DNA of 64,000 bases from a virus (IMGVR_UViG_3300041409_000458); one strand, 5' to 3'; shown: positions 26,045 through 34,924, numbered from the stretch's first letter. Notes: generated by a model from the sequence alone, not told the origin. Numbers and translations are program-made.

Positions 26045-26569
26045 TTATGAGGGTGCTTCATCTTTAATTATTTTATAACCATAATGTTCAAGTACTTCCT
26101 TGCAAGTATCTATGAATTCCTTATCGGTTAAATTGTGTTTCATCTTGTTTATCGTAGCATCAGATAACCCTAAATTTCCAAGCGAATTATCTCCACCTCT
26201 TGATACAGGAATAATATGGTCAAAGTGGTAAGACCTAGAGTCATTAATATCTATTTTGCGTCCAGATAGATAGCAGGTATAGTTATCTCCTATCTTCTCT
26301 CTGAGCTCTTCTAATGTAAACAGAGGAAGGGCTTTTCCCTTCTTATTTGGAAGACCTCTTCTTGCAAACTGAGATTTTTTACAATAGAATTGTTCTCTTT
26401 TCCTAACTAAGGTACTCTTTCCTCGACTTGTTTTTGTTCTCTGCCGTGTCTTTTGCTTCTGTCCTTGTCCACAATGGTAAGAAATATTTCCCTTCGAACA
26501 CCCAACAATTGCTTGGATTTCATCGTAGGATTTTCCTTCTGCTCTTAAACTTAATATTTGCTCTTTCAT
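26045..26569 (-). CDS. HNH endonuclease with N-terminal helix-turn-helix
   Basis: 174 aa; HFDHIIPVSRGGDNSLGNLGL...N..K HNH motif; N-terminal LSLRAEGKSYDEIQAIVGCSKGNISYH HTH. Confidence 0.7.
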   Translation of the reverse strand: MKEQILSLRAEGKSYDEIQAIVGCSKGNISYHCGQGQKQKTRQRTKTSRGKSTLVRKREQFYCKKSQFARRGLPNKKGKALPLFTLEELREKIGDNYTCYLSGRKIDINDSRSYHFDHIIPVSRGGDNSLGNLGLSDATINKMKHNLTDKEFIDTCKEVLEHYGYKIIKDEAPS

Positions 26570-26639
26570 AATTAGTAGTTCAATACAAATGTATGGAAAA
26601 TGTATTGAACTACCAAATTTATTTTCAAAGAAACTTTAA

Positions 26640-26709
26640 TCACAATGTGAGAGTTGAACTCACTACCCTTTTGTTTGAAAAAATGCTCTACCAAGTGAGC
26701 TAATTGTAT
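26640..26709 (-). tRNA. tRNA-like element (canonical D- and T-arms, weak acceptor and ambiguous anticodon loop, possibly CAA)
   Basis: D-arm GCTC-ACTTGGTAG-AGC, T-arm GTGAG-TTCAACT-CTCAC; 5' ATACAAT vs 3' ATTGTGA pairs at 5 of 7 positions plus one GU wobble; anticodon region TTTTTTCAAACAAAAGG ambiguous; preceded by motif at 26716..26735. Confidence 0.35.
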
Positions 26710-26715
26710 AAGTTG

Positions 26716-26735
26716 TTTTGTAAGTTTCTTAATAC
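26716..26735 (-). promoter_or_regulatory. recurring ttttgtaagtttcttaatac motif upstream (minus sense) of tRNA-like element and HNH gene
   Basis: Same ttgtaagt..cttaa core as other instances. Confidence 0.35.
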
Positions 26736-26739
26736 TTTG

Positions 26740-27183
26740 TTATACTTCTACAGCTAATGGGCCAGCAGCAATTTTATCTTCCAGTTCCTTGATACGTGCT
26801 TCTGGTGTCATTGTTTCCTTTTTAAGGGTATCTAGTTGAGCTTTTAGTTCCTTCACTGTTGCTTTTGTATTAGCATCTTCTTCAGTCTTTCTTTTGAAAC
26901 CAATCAAAAGATTGATGAGTTCCTGCATTTTCTTCAAGCCATCAGCTTTCCTTTGTTGGTAATCAGTTAAACTCCATTCATCCAAATTCTCAATGGATGC
27001 AATTTCGTTTTTGATGTTTCCATGAATTCGGCTCAGGGTTCCAATGTTCACATTATGAAATAAATCATAAATGTTGTTTGTGGTTCCAGTGCTTCCTTTG
27101 AATGTTGCTCCACTTATCAGGGCTTCTCCTGCAAGTGCCATGAGCTTATCTCTGTGCTCTTTTGTGAAATTAATTGTTGCCAT
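26740..27183 (-). CDS. hypothetical protein (C-terminal coiled coil)
   Basis: 147 aa ORF. Confidence 0.35.
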   Translation of the reverse strand: MATINFTKEHRDKLMALAGEALISGATFKGSTGTTNNIYDLFHNVNIGTLSRIHGNIKNEIASIENLDEWSLTDYQQRKADGLKKMQELINLLIGFKRKTEEDANTKATVKELKAQLDTLKKETMTPEARIKELEDKIAAGPLAVEV

Positions 27184-27240
27184 GTTTTTATTTTTAGCAA
27201 AGATAGGAATAAAGTTTAGAATATTCCTATCTTTAAATTG

Positions 27241-27714
27241 TTAATAATATGTTAATCCATACTTTTTGTAATGAGATTGGTCTTGTGCTAAAGGAAAATG
27301 TTGTTCTCTTATAGTTTCAAACCGTTCTGGATTCAGTTCTTCATAGGGGAATTTAAAACCGGGCCTTTGGTCCATACAAGTTATGTGAAGGTTCTTTGGA
27401 TGATTAAAGGAGAATGTATTATCACATTGAATGGCATAATTTAAGAGTCCAGTATCAATTTCTCCATATCTGAATACTCCTTGCCAATTCCCTGTTGTAT
27501 TAATTTCCTCTTGAGTGTTAACTAATGCTACGTGATTTTCGATAACGGTATTTTCACTTGACATCCACCCATTACCATGCCCAATAGATATACCTGCATC
27601 CTGAAAAGGATAACCTACCCTTTTGAGAGCTCTGGTAATAGCACAATCACAAGAATCCTCATAATTCGTGGTTCTTATATCCTCTGCAAGGATAGTTCCT
27701 TTTATTTGTCCCAT
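27241..27714 (-). CDS. hypothetical protein
   Basis: 157 aa ORF. Confidence 0.35.
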   Translation of the reverse strand: MGQIKGTILAEDIRTTNYEDSCDCAITRALKRVGYPFQDAGISIGHGNGWMSSENTVIENHVALVNTQEEINTTGNWQGVFRYGEIDTGLLNYAIQCDNTFSFNHPKNLHITCMDQRPGFKFPYEELNPERFETIREQHFPLAQDQSHYKKYGLTYY

Positions 27715-27732
27715 TTTAGTTACTTAAAAGTT

Positions 27733-27764
27733 AAAAATAGGGGTTACCCAAATTGAGCAACCCC
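27733..27764 (-). terminator. terminator-like hairpin in 180 nt intergenic region
   Basis: ggggttacccaaattgagcaacccc stem-loop with T-tract in minus sense (TATTTTT). Confidence 0.35.
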
Positions 27765-27892
27765 TCGAGTTCATTTGTGGAATTCTGCCGAGGTCATCCA
27801 CTGAATCTTGTAGTTTTTCTGTAGCAGACTCCCAAGCCTTAAACCTGAGAGTCCTAAGCAATCTGTACAAAGAGTTTAAACATAGTATTACA

Positions 27893-28417
27893 TTAAGGAA
27901 TTATTAATACGAAGTCGAAAAATGCCAGCATTAAAGCTGTAATTGCCTTTTTCTTCCTTGATTGAATATCATATCTGTAGTTAAATTCTACATCCATCTG
28001 AAGCTCTTCCTCAGCTCTGATGTTTAACCAGTCATTATTTGCTATTCCAAGTAACTGGAATCTGTCACCATCACGATACCACCATCTTCCTGTTGTAGAG
28101 GCATTATCAATCTCCCTCTGAGTAGGAATACTTCCACTCAAGGATATAAACGTAGCCACGTTAAGAAATCGTTCCAGATTACTCTGAAATTGCTCCTTAG
28201 TTCTACCTGTAATTCTTACCTCTAACTTCTGAGCTGCAGTTGGCATTCCAGTTATCCGGACATATACAGAAGGGCGTCCTCCGGAATGTTCCTCCAATTC
28301 TTCCTGTGCTTTCCTATTTTGCTCAGCATCCTGCTCATCGTAAGTGGTATAAAGAAAATCAGGTCTGTCCCTCGAAAGGACTACATAAAGTGTTTTCATA
28401 TTAAGTTTATTTCCCAA
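27893..28417 (-). CDS. hypothetical protein
   Basis: 174 aa ORF. Confidence 0.35.
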   Translation of the reverse strand: MGNKLNMKTLYVVLSRDRPDFLYTTYDEQDAEQNRKAQEELEEHSGGRPSVYVRITGMPTAAQKLEVRITGRTKEQFQSNLERFLNVATFISLSGSIPTQREIDNASTTGRWWYRDGDRFQLLGIANNDWLNIRAEEELQMDVEFNYRYDIQSRKKKAITALMLAFFDFVLIIP

Positions 28418-28968
28418 AGTTTAAGATAATCGGTTCGTGCATCTTCCTTAGTAAATTTACCTTTATCAATTATAACGCACAGGTTATTAGCCATGTTTCT
28501 AAGCGTGTTACTTTTATAAGGATAATCATACTCAAAACAGTTTCCTTCATAGATATTTTCCATATCTTCTAATTCCTCCTGAGTAAAAGGTTTAGCTGCT
28601 CCTTTACTACCATCTGAAGTGCCTACATCAGTTGGAGATATGGTGTTACCAATCCTGATTTTGCTTATCATTAACATTCCTCTTTCACACACTTCACAGG
28701 TTTGAGGTAAGTTTTCGAGGAGATTTTTCTGGAAATTTTTAGGATTAAGTGATTTAATGGCTAAATTATTAAGTTCCCAATTAACCCAGTAACCATTTCG
28801 GAAGGTTTCACCTTTATGGTGACCTCCAGCAGGTCTTATCCTGTCCTTTATAATCAAGTTCAAAGCATCAAGTGCTATCTCCCTTCTTTTATTTCTTGGA
28901 GTGAGGGTTTGATAAAGAGTATTCTTCTTAGAAGTTATACCCTTTAATTGTGTTTTATATGGAATCAT
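28396..28968 (-). CDS. hypothetical protein
   Basis: 190 aa ORF. Confidence 0.35.
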   Translation of the reverse strand: MIPYKTQLKGITSKKNTLYQTLTPRNKRREIALDALNLIIKDRIRPAGGHHKGETFRNGYWVNWELNNLAIKSLNPKNFQKNLLENLPQTCEVCERGMLMISKIRIGNTISPTDVGTSDGSKGAAKPFTQEELEDMENIYEGNCFEYDYPYKSNTLRNMANNLCVIIDKGKFTKEDARTDYLKLWEINLI

Positions 28969-29042
28969 TGCTTTTAATTTTAAAAACTCTCCTTTGAGCT
29001 GAATAGAAATTCGACTCTCTAGAGAGAAAGATGAAAGGTAAT

Positions 29043-29504
29043 TTAAACCAGTTCTGTATCCTTTACTTCAGCATAAGTTTTTGCAAACTCATCCTTTTGA
29101 ATACGGTAGGCTTCAGTAATTTCCTTGTTCGGAGATACCAGCATATCCCCTTCTTCAATCAGCATACCTTCCGGGCTGTTCCATGATGCAGGTGCTTCAA
29201 ATCTTTGAGTTTCACCTGTATAAGGAATTCCCCAACATTCTCTTTTGGCTTTTGCAGTTTTTTCGTCAACAATATCATACCTTTTTACAAAGGTTTCAGC
29301 TTTTACCACATACTGCTCACCTGCCAAACCTGTCAAAATGTAATCACCGGGTTTTGCTGTGTTCGAAACTTCTTCTTTCCCATTCAGAGTTGTTTTAACA
29401 TCTTCTTCAGTCTCAACGAGCCTGTAGGAAAATATACCGGACTTTTTGTAATGAACGGGACTGCCTGCCAGTAATAAGGCAATCATTTGCGATTGTGTTT
29501 GCAT
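29043..29504 (-). CDS. hypothetical protein
   Basis: 153 aa ORF. Confidence 0.35.
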   Translation of the reverse strand: MQTQSQMIALLLAGSPVHYKKSGIFSYRLVETEEDVKTTLNGKEEVSNTAKPGDYILTGLAGEQYVVKAETFVKRYDIVDEKTAKAKRECWGIPYTGETQRFEAPASWNSPEGMLIEEGDMLVSPNKEITEAYRIQKDEFAKTYAEVKDTELV

Positions 29505-29637
29505 ATATTGATTTGTTTTTTACGAGGAACGAACAGGCATTTTTCTACCAAATTCACGGGTTCGTACAGTGGGTAAACCACCTTTTTTGCTTGAAAACCT
29601 TGGGTCAGGAGTCGAAACAAAGATAGTATCAATTAAG

Positions 29638-29898
29638 TCATCTGTTAACATTCCTACGAGTCTTCCCCTCTTTTTTGGAACCTTGTCCCAAAGATTTGTT
29701 TCTGGTTGATGCGTTCTTTTCATTGAAATATTTTTTAAACTGTTTTTCGTATGCTTGTTTGTAAGTTTTTCGACCTTGCATCAGCTCTTTTAGTGCTGTT
29801 TCTTCTGCCAAACTTTTACTGTATATCCTAGAATCATCAGATTGTGAATAATACCAGTCATGATTGGCTAATCTCGTCTTAAATTCTTTTAAATTCAT
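29638..29898 (-). CDS. hypothetical basic protein
   Basis: 86 aa ORF; preferred over overlapping 29520..29723 ORF. Confidence 0.3.
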   Translation of the reverse strand: MNLKEFKTRLANHDWYYSQSDDSRIYSKSLAEETALKELMQGRKTYKQAYEKQFKKYFNEKNASTRNKSLGQGSKKEGKTRRNVNR

Positions 29899-30791
29899 CG
29901 TACAAATCCAATTTTATCCCTTTTCTTACTGTAAGATTTGATATCCATGATTTTATCAACACAGAATTGCTTAATAATATCTAAAGTTTGACCTTTTAGT
30001 TCATTTGCAAATGTGTCAATATCATCATCTGAGAAGTTATTTTTTAACATACCTTTAATGATAGTTTTAACATCCTCTACTCCCTGAATACCTTCAATAT
30101 TAAGACAATATTTGAATCTGGAAGGTCTATCTTTAATAGCTTCTGGGATATCGGCAATGTAATTAGTAGTTGAAAAGAATATACAGTTATCAATGCTCAT
30201 ATTACCATCCAAGGCCGTTTTCAGAAAGGCTTCTTGTCTGTTCTCTATAAGCTCATCGAATTCCTCAAAAATAACAACAATTGGAGTTTCCTGTACTCTT
30301 CTTACATCCATAACCACATCCCAACATTTGCTAATATTTGCAGTTAAACACTCCATATAGAAAATGATAGCACCTTGCTCTTCAATTAATCTCTTACAAT
30401 AATGTTTTATAATAGTAGATTTCCCTGTGCCTTCTTTTCCATATAATAAGACACCTACTTTATGGTAAAAACCAAGTTCAGTCATTTCATTAATAACTCT
30501 CTTCTCAAAGAATGACGTAATTAAATCATCTATCTTTTCTTTATCGGGGAAATCATGAATTTTCACCATTTCTTTGTCTCTATTTACTTTTAAGACAACT
30601 CTGCTACTTGGATATGCTTCTAACCAAGATAGCTTGTAAGAACCAGACTCCAGCTTTTTAACACTTTTGATAGTATCAAATACTGAGAATGATACCTCAC
30701 CATTTTCCAAGTAATGGAAAGATTTTAGGTCAGTTGTTGTCATATTAACAGAAATCATATTTTGAATCATATTCTGGGCGAACAATGCCAT
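29895..30791 (-). CDS. AAA+ family ATPase
   Basis: 298 aa; Walker A GVLLYGKEGTGKST, Walker B-like VVIFEEFDEL. Confidence 0.6.
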   Translation of the reverse strand: MALFAQNMIQNMISVNMTTTDLKSFHYLENGEVSFSVFDTIKSVKKLESGSYKLSWLEAYPSSRVVLKVNRDKEMVKIHDFPDKEKIDDLITSFFEKRVINEMTELGFYHKVGVLLYGKEGTGKSTIIKHYCKRLIEEQGAIIFYMECLTANISKCWDVVMDVRRVQETPIVVIFEEFDELIENRQEAFLKTALDGNMSIDNCIFFSTTNYIADIPEAIKDRPSRFKYCLNIEGIQGVEDVKTIIKGMLKNNFSDDDIDTFANELKGQTLDIIKQFCVDKIMDIKSYSKKRDKIGFVR

Positions 30792-31074
30792 CAGCTCCTA
30801 CCCAACCGAGAAATCCCCTTTGCTCCTGTCTTTTAAAATCAGGAAAGAAGCATTCTAAAATATCAGCATCTGTATATTTAGATTTTACAATGTACCGTAA
30901 ATATGCTCCTCCACACGTAATACCTAAACTTTTACATTTACTATAAGGTTGCAAAAAGCTTCCATAAGGAGTTGCCTTCAGTTCATCATAGATTTTCTTG
31001 AAGATTTCTTCGGATACATTAAAAGAGACTTTATCAAACCTTCCTTTGATGGCTTCCTGTAATTGTTTTAGCAT
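30745..31074 (-). CDS. hypothetical protein
   Basis: 109 aa ORF. Confidence 0.3.
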   Translation of the reverse strand: MLKQLQEAIKGRFDKVSFNVSEEIFKKIYDELKATPYGSFLQPYSKCKSLGITCGGAYLRYIVKSKYTDADILECFFPDFKRQEQRGFLGWVGADGIVRPEYDSKYDFC

Positions 31075-31083
31075 AATTAAAAT

Positions 31084-31482
31084 TTAAGTGTCAAAATTTT
31101 GTTGTCTTGTTACCTCGTGAGGTGATATTTCAAGGATTTTACGGAAATCTACATGAGGATTAAAGAGGATAACATTATCAAACATAAATCCTTCCATAAC
31201 CTCGTGATGTACAACAGCTTGTGCAGCAGCCCAAGCTTTTTTAACTATTTCATCATCAGTCATATGCTCAGAAAGGTAATATTTTCCACCTCTCCACTCT
31301 TTTATTTCTCCCGTTTTTGAACATGGTGCATGATAGAACCATTGAAGATATAATCTTTTACCATATTTCTTATCCTCCTGAACTGAAAGGAAGAATATTT
31401 GTCCGAACACGCTGAATGATATATGTGATGTTAGTTCTTTAACAGATTCTATTGTTTGCATGATATTTGTTTTAAAATCCAT
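31084..31482 (-). CDS. hypothetical protein
   Basis: 132 aa ORF. Confidence 0.35.
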   Translation of the reverse strand: MDFKTNIMQTIESVKELTSHISFSVFGQIFFLSVQEDKKYGKRLYLQWFYHAPCSKTGEIKEWRGGKYYLSEHMTDDEIVKKAWAAAQAVVHHEVMEGFMFDNVILFNPHVDFRKILEISPHEVTRQQNFDT

Positions 31483-31531
31483 TGGGTGAGGAATTTCTCC
31501 CTCACCCTTTAGATTTGCTTGCCTGCTAAAA

Positions 31532-32455
31532 TTATTGCTTCATTAAATATGAAGTTCCACTTCCTAATATGGTTGAAGGGACACGGGGGACATTATCACC
31601 TGCATTAGACCATTTAATATATTCCACATATGTTGGTGATAATTCCTTGGTCTTCAATTCGATAACCTTAGCATCTGCTAAAGCATTAATCACTTTTTCT
31701 GCTGAATCACCACGGGCATTTGCCATCTTTGTTTGAGCATCAGCTATAGCTGTTATTTTTTGTAATTCAGCCTTCTGAGCATTCTGAACAGCATTAGTTT
31801 TATCTATGATAACTTGTTTAAGCTCTGGAGGTGCTACAGTTCCGGGATTTATCTGTGTAACATAGAAATATGCTGACAGTTCCCTATTTAGTTCATTCTC
31901 AACGGCTTTATTGTAACCTGCCTTATTATTAAAGATACTATCAATAGGATAATAGTTACTGGCATTATTCAATGAAAGCATTGTAGCTGTCTTGAGGTAA
32001 TTTTCCTCTAGAGAGCTAAAGTTAGTACCTTTCAAGAGGTGTATGTACAAATCAGCCACTCTTTCCGGCTTTAATGCATAGTTAAATGAAGGAGTTACAT
32101 CCATTGGGAATCCTCCTTTACATGTAACTGAGAAAGCTGCATAAGCTACGTGATTTTGCCTGATTGGATATTCTACGATATCACTAAACCAAGCATTGTA
32201 GAATACCCAGCCTTTTACCGGGACAGCAACGGGAATACCTTTATTGTTTCCTGCTCTATCAATTTTTAAACCTACTGAACCCGCATCAATTCTTTCTACC
32301 TTAATTGGTTCAAAGCAGAATACCAAAATGGCCAAAAGTGCAACTACAAATGCTCTGACCTTATATTTGGTCTCGTCATAGTTTGAAATTCTAAGTACGC
32401 CCAGAGGGCCACCAATTAATAGCACTACTAAGAGTGCAAAACCTAAACCCATCAT
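31532..32455 (-). CDS. SPFH (band 7/prohibitin-like) domain membrane protein
   Basis: 307 aa; N-terminal TM helix; central beta-rich region followed by long helical A/Q/K-rich segment (QNAQKAELQKITAIADAQTKMANARGD...) typical of SPFH proteins. Confidence 0.45.
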   Translation of the reverse strand: MMGLGFALLVVLLIGGPLGVLRISNYDETKYKVRAFVVALLAILVFCFEPIKVERIDAGSVGLKIDRAGNNKGIPVAVPVKGWVFYNAWFSDIVEYPIRQNHVAYAAFSVTCKGGFPMDVTPSFNYALKPERVADLYIHLLKGTNFSSLEENYLKTATMLSLNNASNYYPIDSIFNNKAGYNKAVENELNRELSAYFYVTQINPGTVAPPELKQVIIDKTNAVQNAQKAELQKITAIADAQTKMANARGDSAEKVINALADAKVIELKTKELSPTYVEYIKWSNAGDNVPRVPSTILGSGTSYLMKQ

Positions 32456-32605
32456 AATTTTGTCTTTTTAATTGTAAAGTAAATAACTGCTATCAGTATA
32501 ACAGCAGCACCTACAAAAGCTAAAGTATTAGCCATTGTAGCAAGCCATCCTGCAAATGACAATAGTGCCAATATCAGGATAAAAGTTAACAAATTCTTTG
32601 TCATA
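32456..32605 (-). CDS. small membrane protein (49 aa, below ORF-track cutoff)
   Basis: Minus-strand ORF MTKNLLTFILILALLSFAGWLATMANTLAFVGAAVILIAVIYFTIKKTK, two TM helices, directly upstream of SPFH gene. Confidence 0.3.
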
Positions 32606-32909
32606 TAATTAAATTGAAAAGCTCCCACCACAAGGATGGGAGCAGTTTGCCCCGTTGTAGCTAGGGGCGAATCTCATTAGGCAGCTGCTCTTAGGCGGCT
32701 ACCAAACATGTTGTATACATTGTTATGTATGTTTCTGATAATCTCTTTTTGCTACTATCCTGCTGTCAAAACCGGTCACCCCCACCACATCGACCCTAAA
32801 GTCAATGTAGTTCATTGTGCCACAGCTCTTTGACGAAGATGTGGTGGAGGTGCCGAGAATCGCAAAAAGTAAATTTGTTACTCTCCACTATTTTATGTAT
32901 ATTTGATAC

Positions 32910-33422
32910 ATGAAAACAATAGAATGTATATGTAATAACTGTAATAAGTCTTTTACAAAACCACTAAAGGAACATACGAGGTCCCAAAAAGTAGGGAGGT
33001 CTTCATTTTGCTCCTTGGCTTGTGCTAGTAAATTCAACCCAAATAGATTTGGAGGGAAAGTAGGTAATAGAATTCCACCTAGAAATCCCACTAATCCATT
33101 CAAGTATTATCTAAGAAATATAATGAGGAGACATCATAAATGGGATGTCACTCTTGAGTACCTAAAGCAAATCTGGGATGAGCAAGAAGGAATATGTCCT
33201 TATACTAAAATTAAACTTGTTCTAAATACACATAGTCATAGAAATACTGACATACGATTTACTGCCTCTTTAGACAGAATTAATTCTTCAATAGGTTATA
33301 TTAAAGGAAATGTTCAATTTGTCTCAATGGCAATAAATTATATGAAATCTTCTATGTCTCATAGTGATACTACAGAATTCTTACAAATTATAACAAAGAA
33401 CTTGAATCCACTACTTTCATAA
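32910..33422 (+). CDS. HNH_3-type homing endonuclease, free-standing on the opposite strand
   Basis: 170 aa; N-terminal Cys cluster CICNNC...CSLAC; C-terminal CPYTKIKLVL ... ASLDRINSSIGYIKGNVQFVSMAIN matches the HNH_3 motif; lone plus-strand gene in minus-strand block. Confidence 0.55.
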   Translation: MKTIECICNNCNKSFTKPLKEHTRSQKVGRSSFCSLACASKFNPNRFGGKVGNRIPPRNPTNPFKYYLRNIMRRHHKWDVTLEYLKQIWDEQEGICPYTKIKLVLNTHSHRNTDIRFTASLDRINSSIGYIKGNVQFVSMAINYMKSSMSHSDTTEFLQIITKNLNPLLS

Positions 33423-33682
33423 TGGCGTGGACTATATCTTCACCCGTTCTGGGTGTTGGATGCTCTGGGCTCACCGTAGTGTCCCTAGTCTCTGAACCTT
33501 CCTCAATCTTCCCTGAGGCTCGGCTGCTGATTGCCTACGTCTTTACGTTTAGGGTTCCAGCAATTCTTCCAATTTTTTCATCTGTATTCCTACAAAGCGA
33601 GTCCGATTTTATTCAACTCGGGTCCAAACAGGTGTCTTTCAAAAAATCAATCCTTACGAACTTTGGGCGATTACCATTTATT

Positions 33683-33982
33683 TTAAGCTCTTCTGGCAGG
33701 ACTACTCCTATGTTTTATAGGAGATTGTGGTCCACCGGGCTCTTTTATTACTTCTTTCTTAGGTACCGGTAATACATAAGGTTTTGAACCTTTAATTACT
33801 TCCAAACGATTTTCATCTATCTGTCTGGCTTCTCTTGGTTCACCTTTTTCATCTAAATCCTCAGGTTGGACACCATATTGGTTACAACCAGTAAGATATT
33901 GAGCTCTGTATGATATTACACCTTTAAAACCTGTTAAGGTATCTTTGACCTTTGTTCCAAGGTCGAACTTAAATTCACTCAT
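33683..33982 (-). CDS. hypothetical protein
   Basis: 99 aa ORF. Confidence 0.3.
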   Translation of the reverse strand: MSEFKFDLGTKVKDTLTGFKGVISYRAQYLTGCNQYGVQPEDLDEKGEPREARQIDENRLEVIKGSKPYVLPVPKKEVIKEPGGPQSPIKHRSSPARRA

Positions 33983-34296
33983 AATTTTTCTTTGTTTTGT
34001 AAAGTTACTAAATATTCCTGAATTTCAAAATCTACAAGCTCAAATTTTATGGTATGAGGTCCACTTACCTTCTCAAAAGTGCCACTCTTGAGGTAATTGA
34101 TGAGGGTTTCCTTTCTATACCACTTCGACCCGTGAATACTTGTATGAACAAATGCCTTGCTTTTTGAATTCAGGACGTAATGACCAGAAGGTAAATGTAC
34201 GGCTTTCCAATAGCGATAATATACTTTTGGTTTCATTTCTTCTTCTTTTTCTTTTTCTTTTTTTAGGGAAAACAGTGAATCCGGGATTAACTCCAA
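33979..34296 (-). CDS. hypothetical protein
   Basis: 105 aa ORF. Confidence 0.3.
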   Translation of the reverse strand: MELIPDSLFSLKKEKEKEEEMKPKVYYRYWKAVHLPSGHYVLNSKSKAFVHTSIHGSKWYRKETLINYLKSGTFEKVSGPHTIKFELVDFEIQEYLVTLQNKEKL

Positions 34297-34373
34297 CTCT
34301 TATTGGAATTCCAAGCTCTTTCTCTTCCCTTACAAGAACTGCAACTGAATATCTATTGAACATATTAATGTTT

Positions 34374-34670
34374 TTACAGGTTTAACAGAATTTTCATTTT
34401 ATTAATCCGGAGCTCAAAGAGTTTAACTACAGTTTCCAACGATTCCTTAATGGGAGTATTATACCAATACTGTGTATTATGTTCACAGTTACCTTTTATC
34501 CAAGATTCATCACGAATAATGGTGTTAAATTTGTCCTCTGCACATTTACATATACCAAAAGCAGTATTTGTCTCAAAGAGAATATCGGTAATGCTCTTAC
34601 CTTCATCAGCTAAGATTCTTGCCAATGTATCCTCATAATGAGGTATTAAAAGGGCTAAAATTTGTTTCAT
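34374..34670 (-). CDS. hypothetical protein
   Basis: 98 aa ORF. Confidence 0.3.
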   Translation of the reverse strand: MKQILALLIPHYEDTLARILADEGKSITDILFETNTAFGICKCAEDKFNTIIRDESWIKGNCEHNTQYWYNTPIKESLETVVKLFELRINKMKILLNL

Positions 34671-34672
34671 AT

Positions 34673-34924
34673 TTATTGTTTAATGATTGTTGTATCCTTT
34701 TGAAGGTACTCAATGATTTCATCCTTGGTAAAGCTTTTCACTTTATCCATGAATTCATCCTTCTTTGTTTGTACCCCCAACTCTTTTTTGGTTTCCGTAC
34801 CCAAATCGTTCAGCTCTGCATTAAGCTTTAGATGCAAATATTTTGTTAAATCTGCAGGTAAAGCCCTTGATGAGCTATCTGATGTAATAAATGAGCCAAC
34901 TGAACCACCTGCAATGATTAACAT
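34673..34924 (-). CDS. hypothetical protein
   Basis: 83 aa ORF. Confidence 0.3.
   Translation of the reverse strand: MLIIAGGSVGSFITSDSSSRALPADLTKYLHLKLNAELNDLGTETKKELGVQTKKDEFMDKVKSFTKDEIIEYLQKDTTIIKQ

Noticed and set aside
23850-26740. CRISPR array interpretation of the repeated ttgtaagt motif region
   Set aside because: Repeats are imperfect, irregularly spaced (80-1000 nt apart) and associated with tRNA-like structures, not with uniform spacers; no cas genes.
29520-29723. 67 aa ORF overlapping 29638..29898
   Set aside because: Arg/Pro-rich low-complexity translation overlapping a better ORF; likely not coding.
33422-33772. 116 aa plus-strand ORF downstream of the HNH gene
   Set aside because: Translation is non-protein-like (low complexity, S/L/F rich), overlaps a minus-strand ORF, and lies in a GC-richer structured segment; treated as noncoding or RNA rather than CDS.
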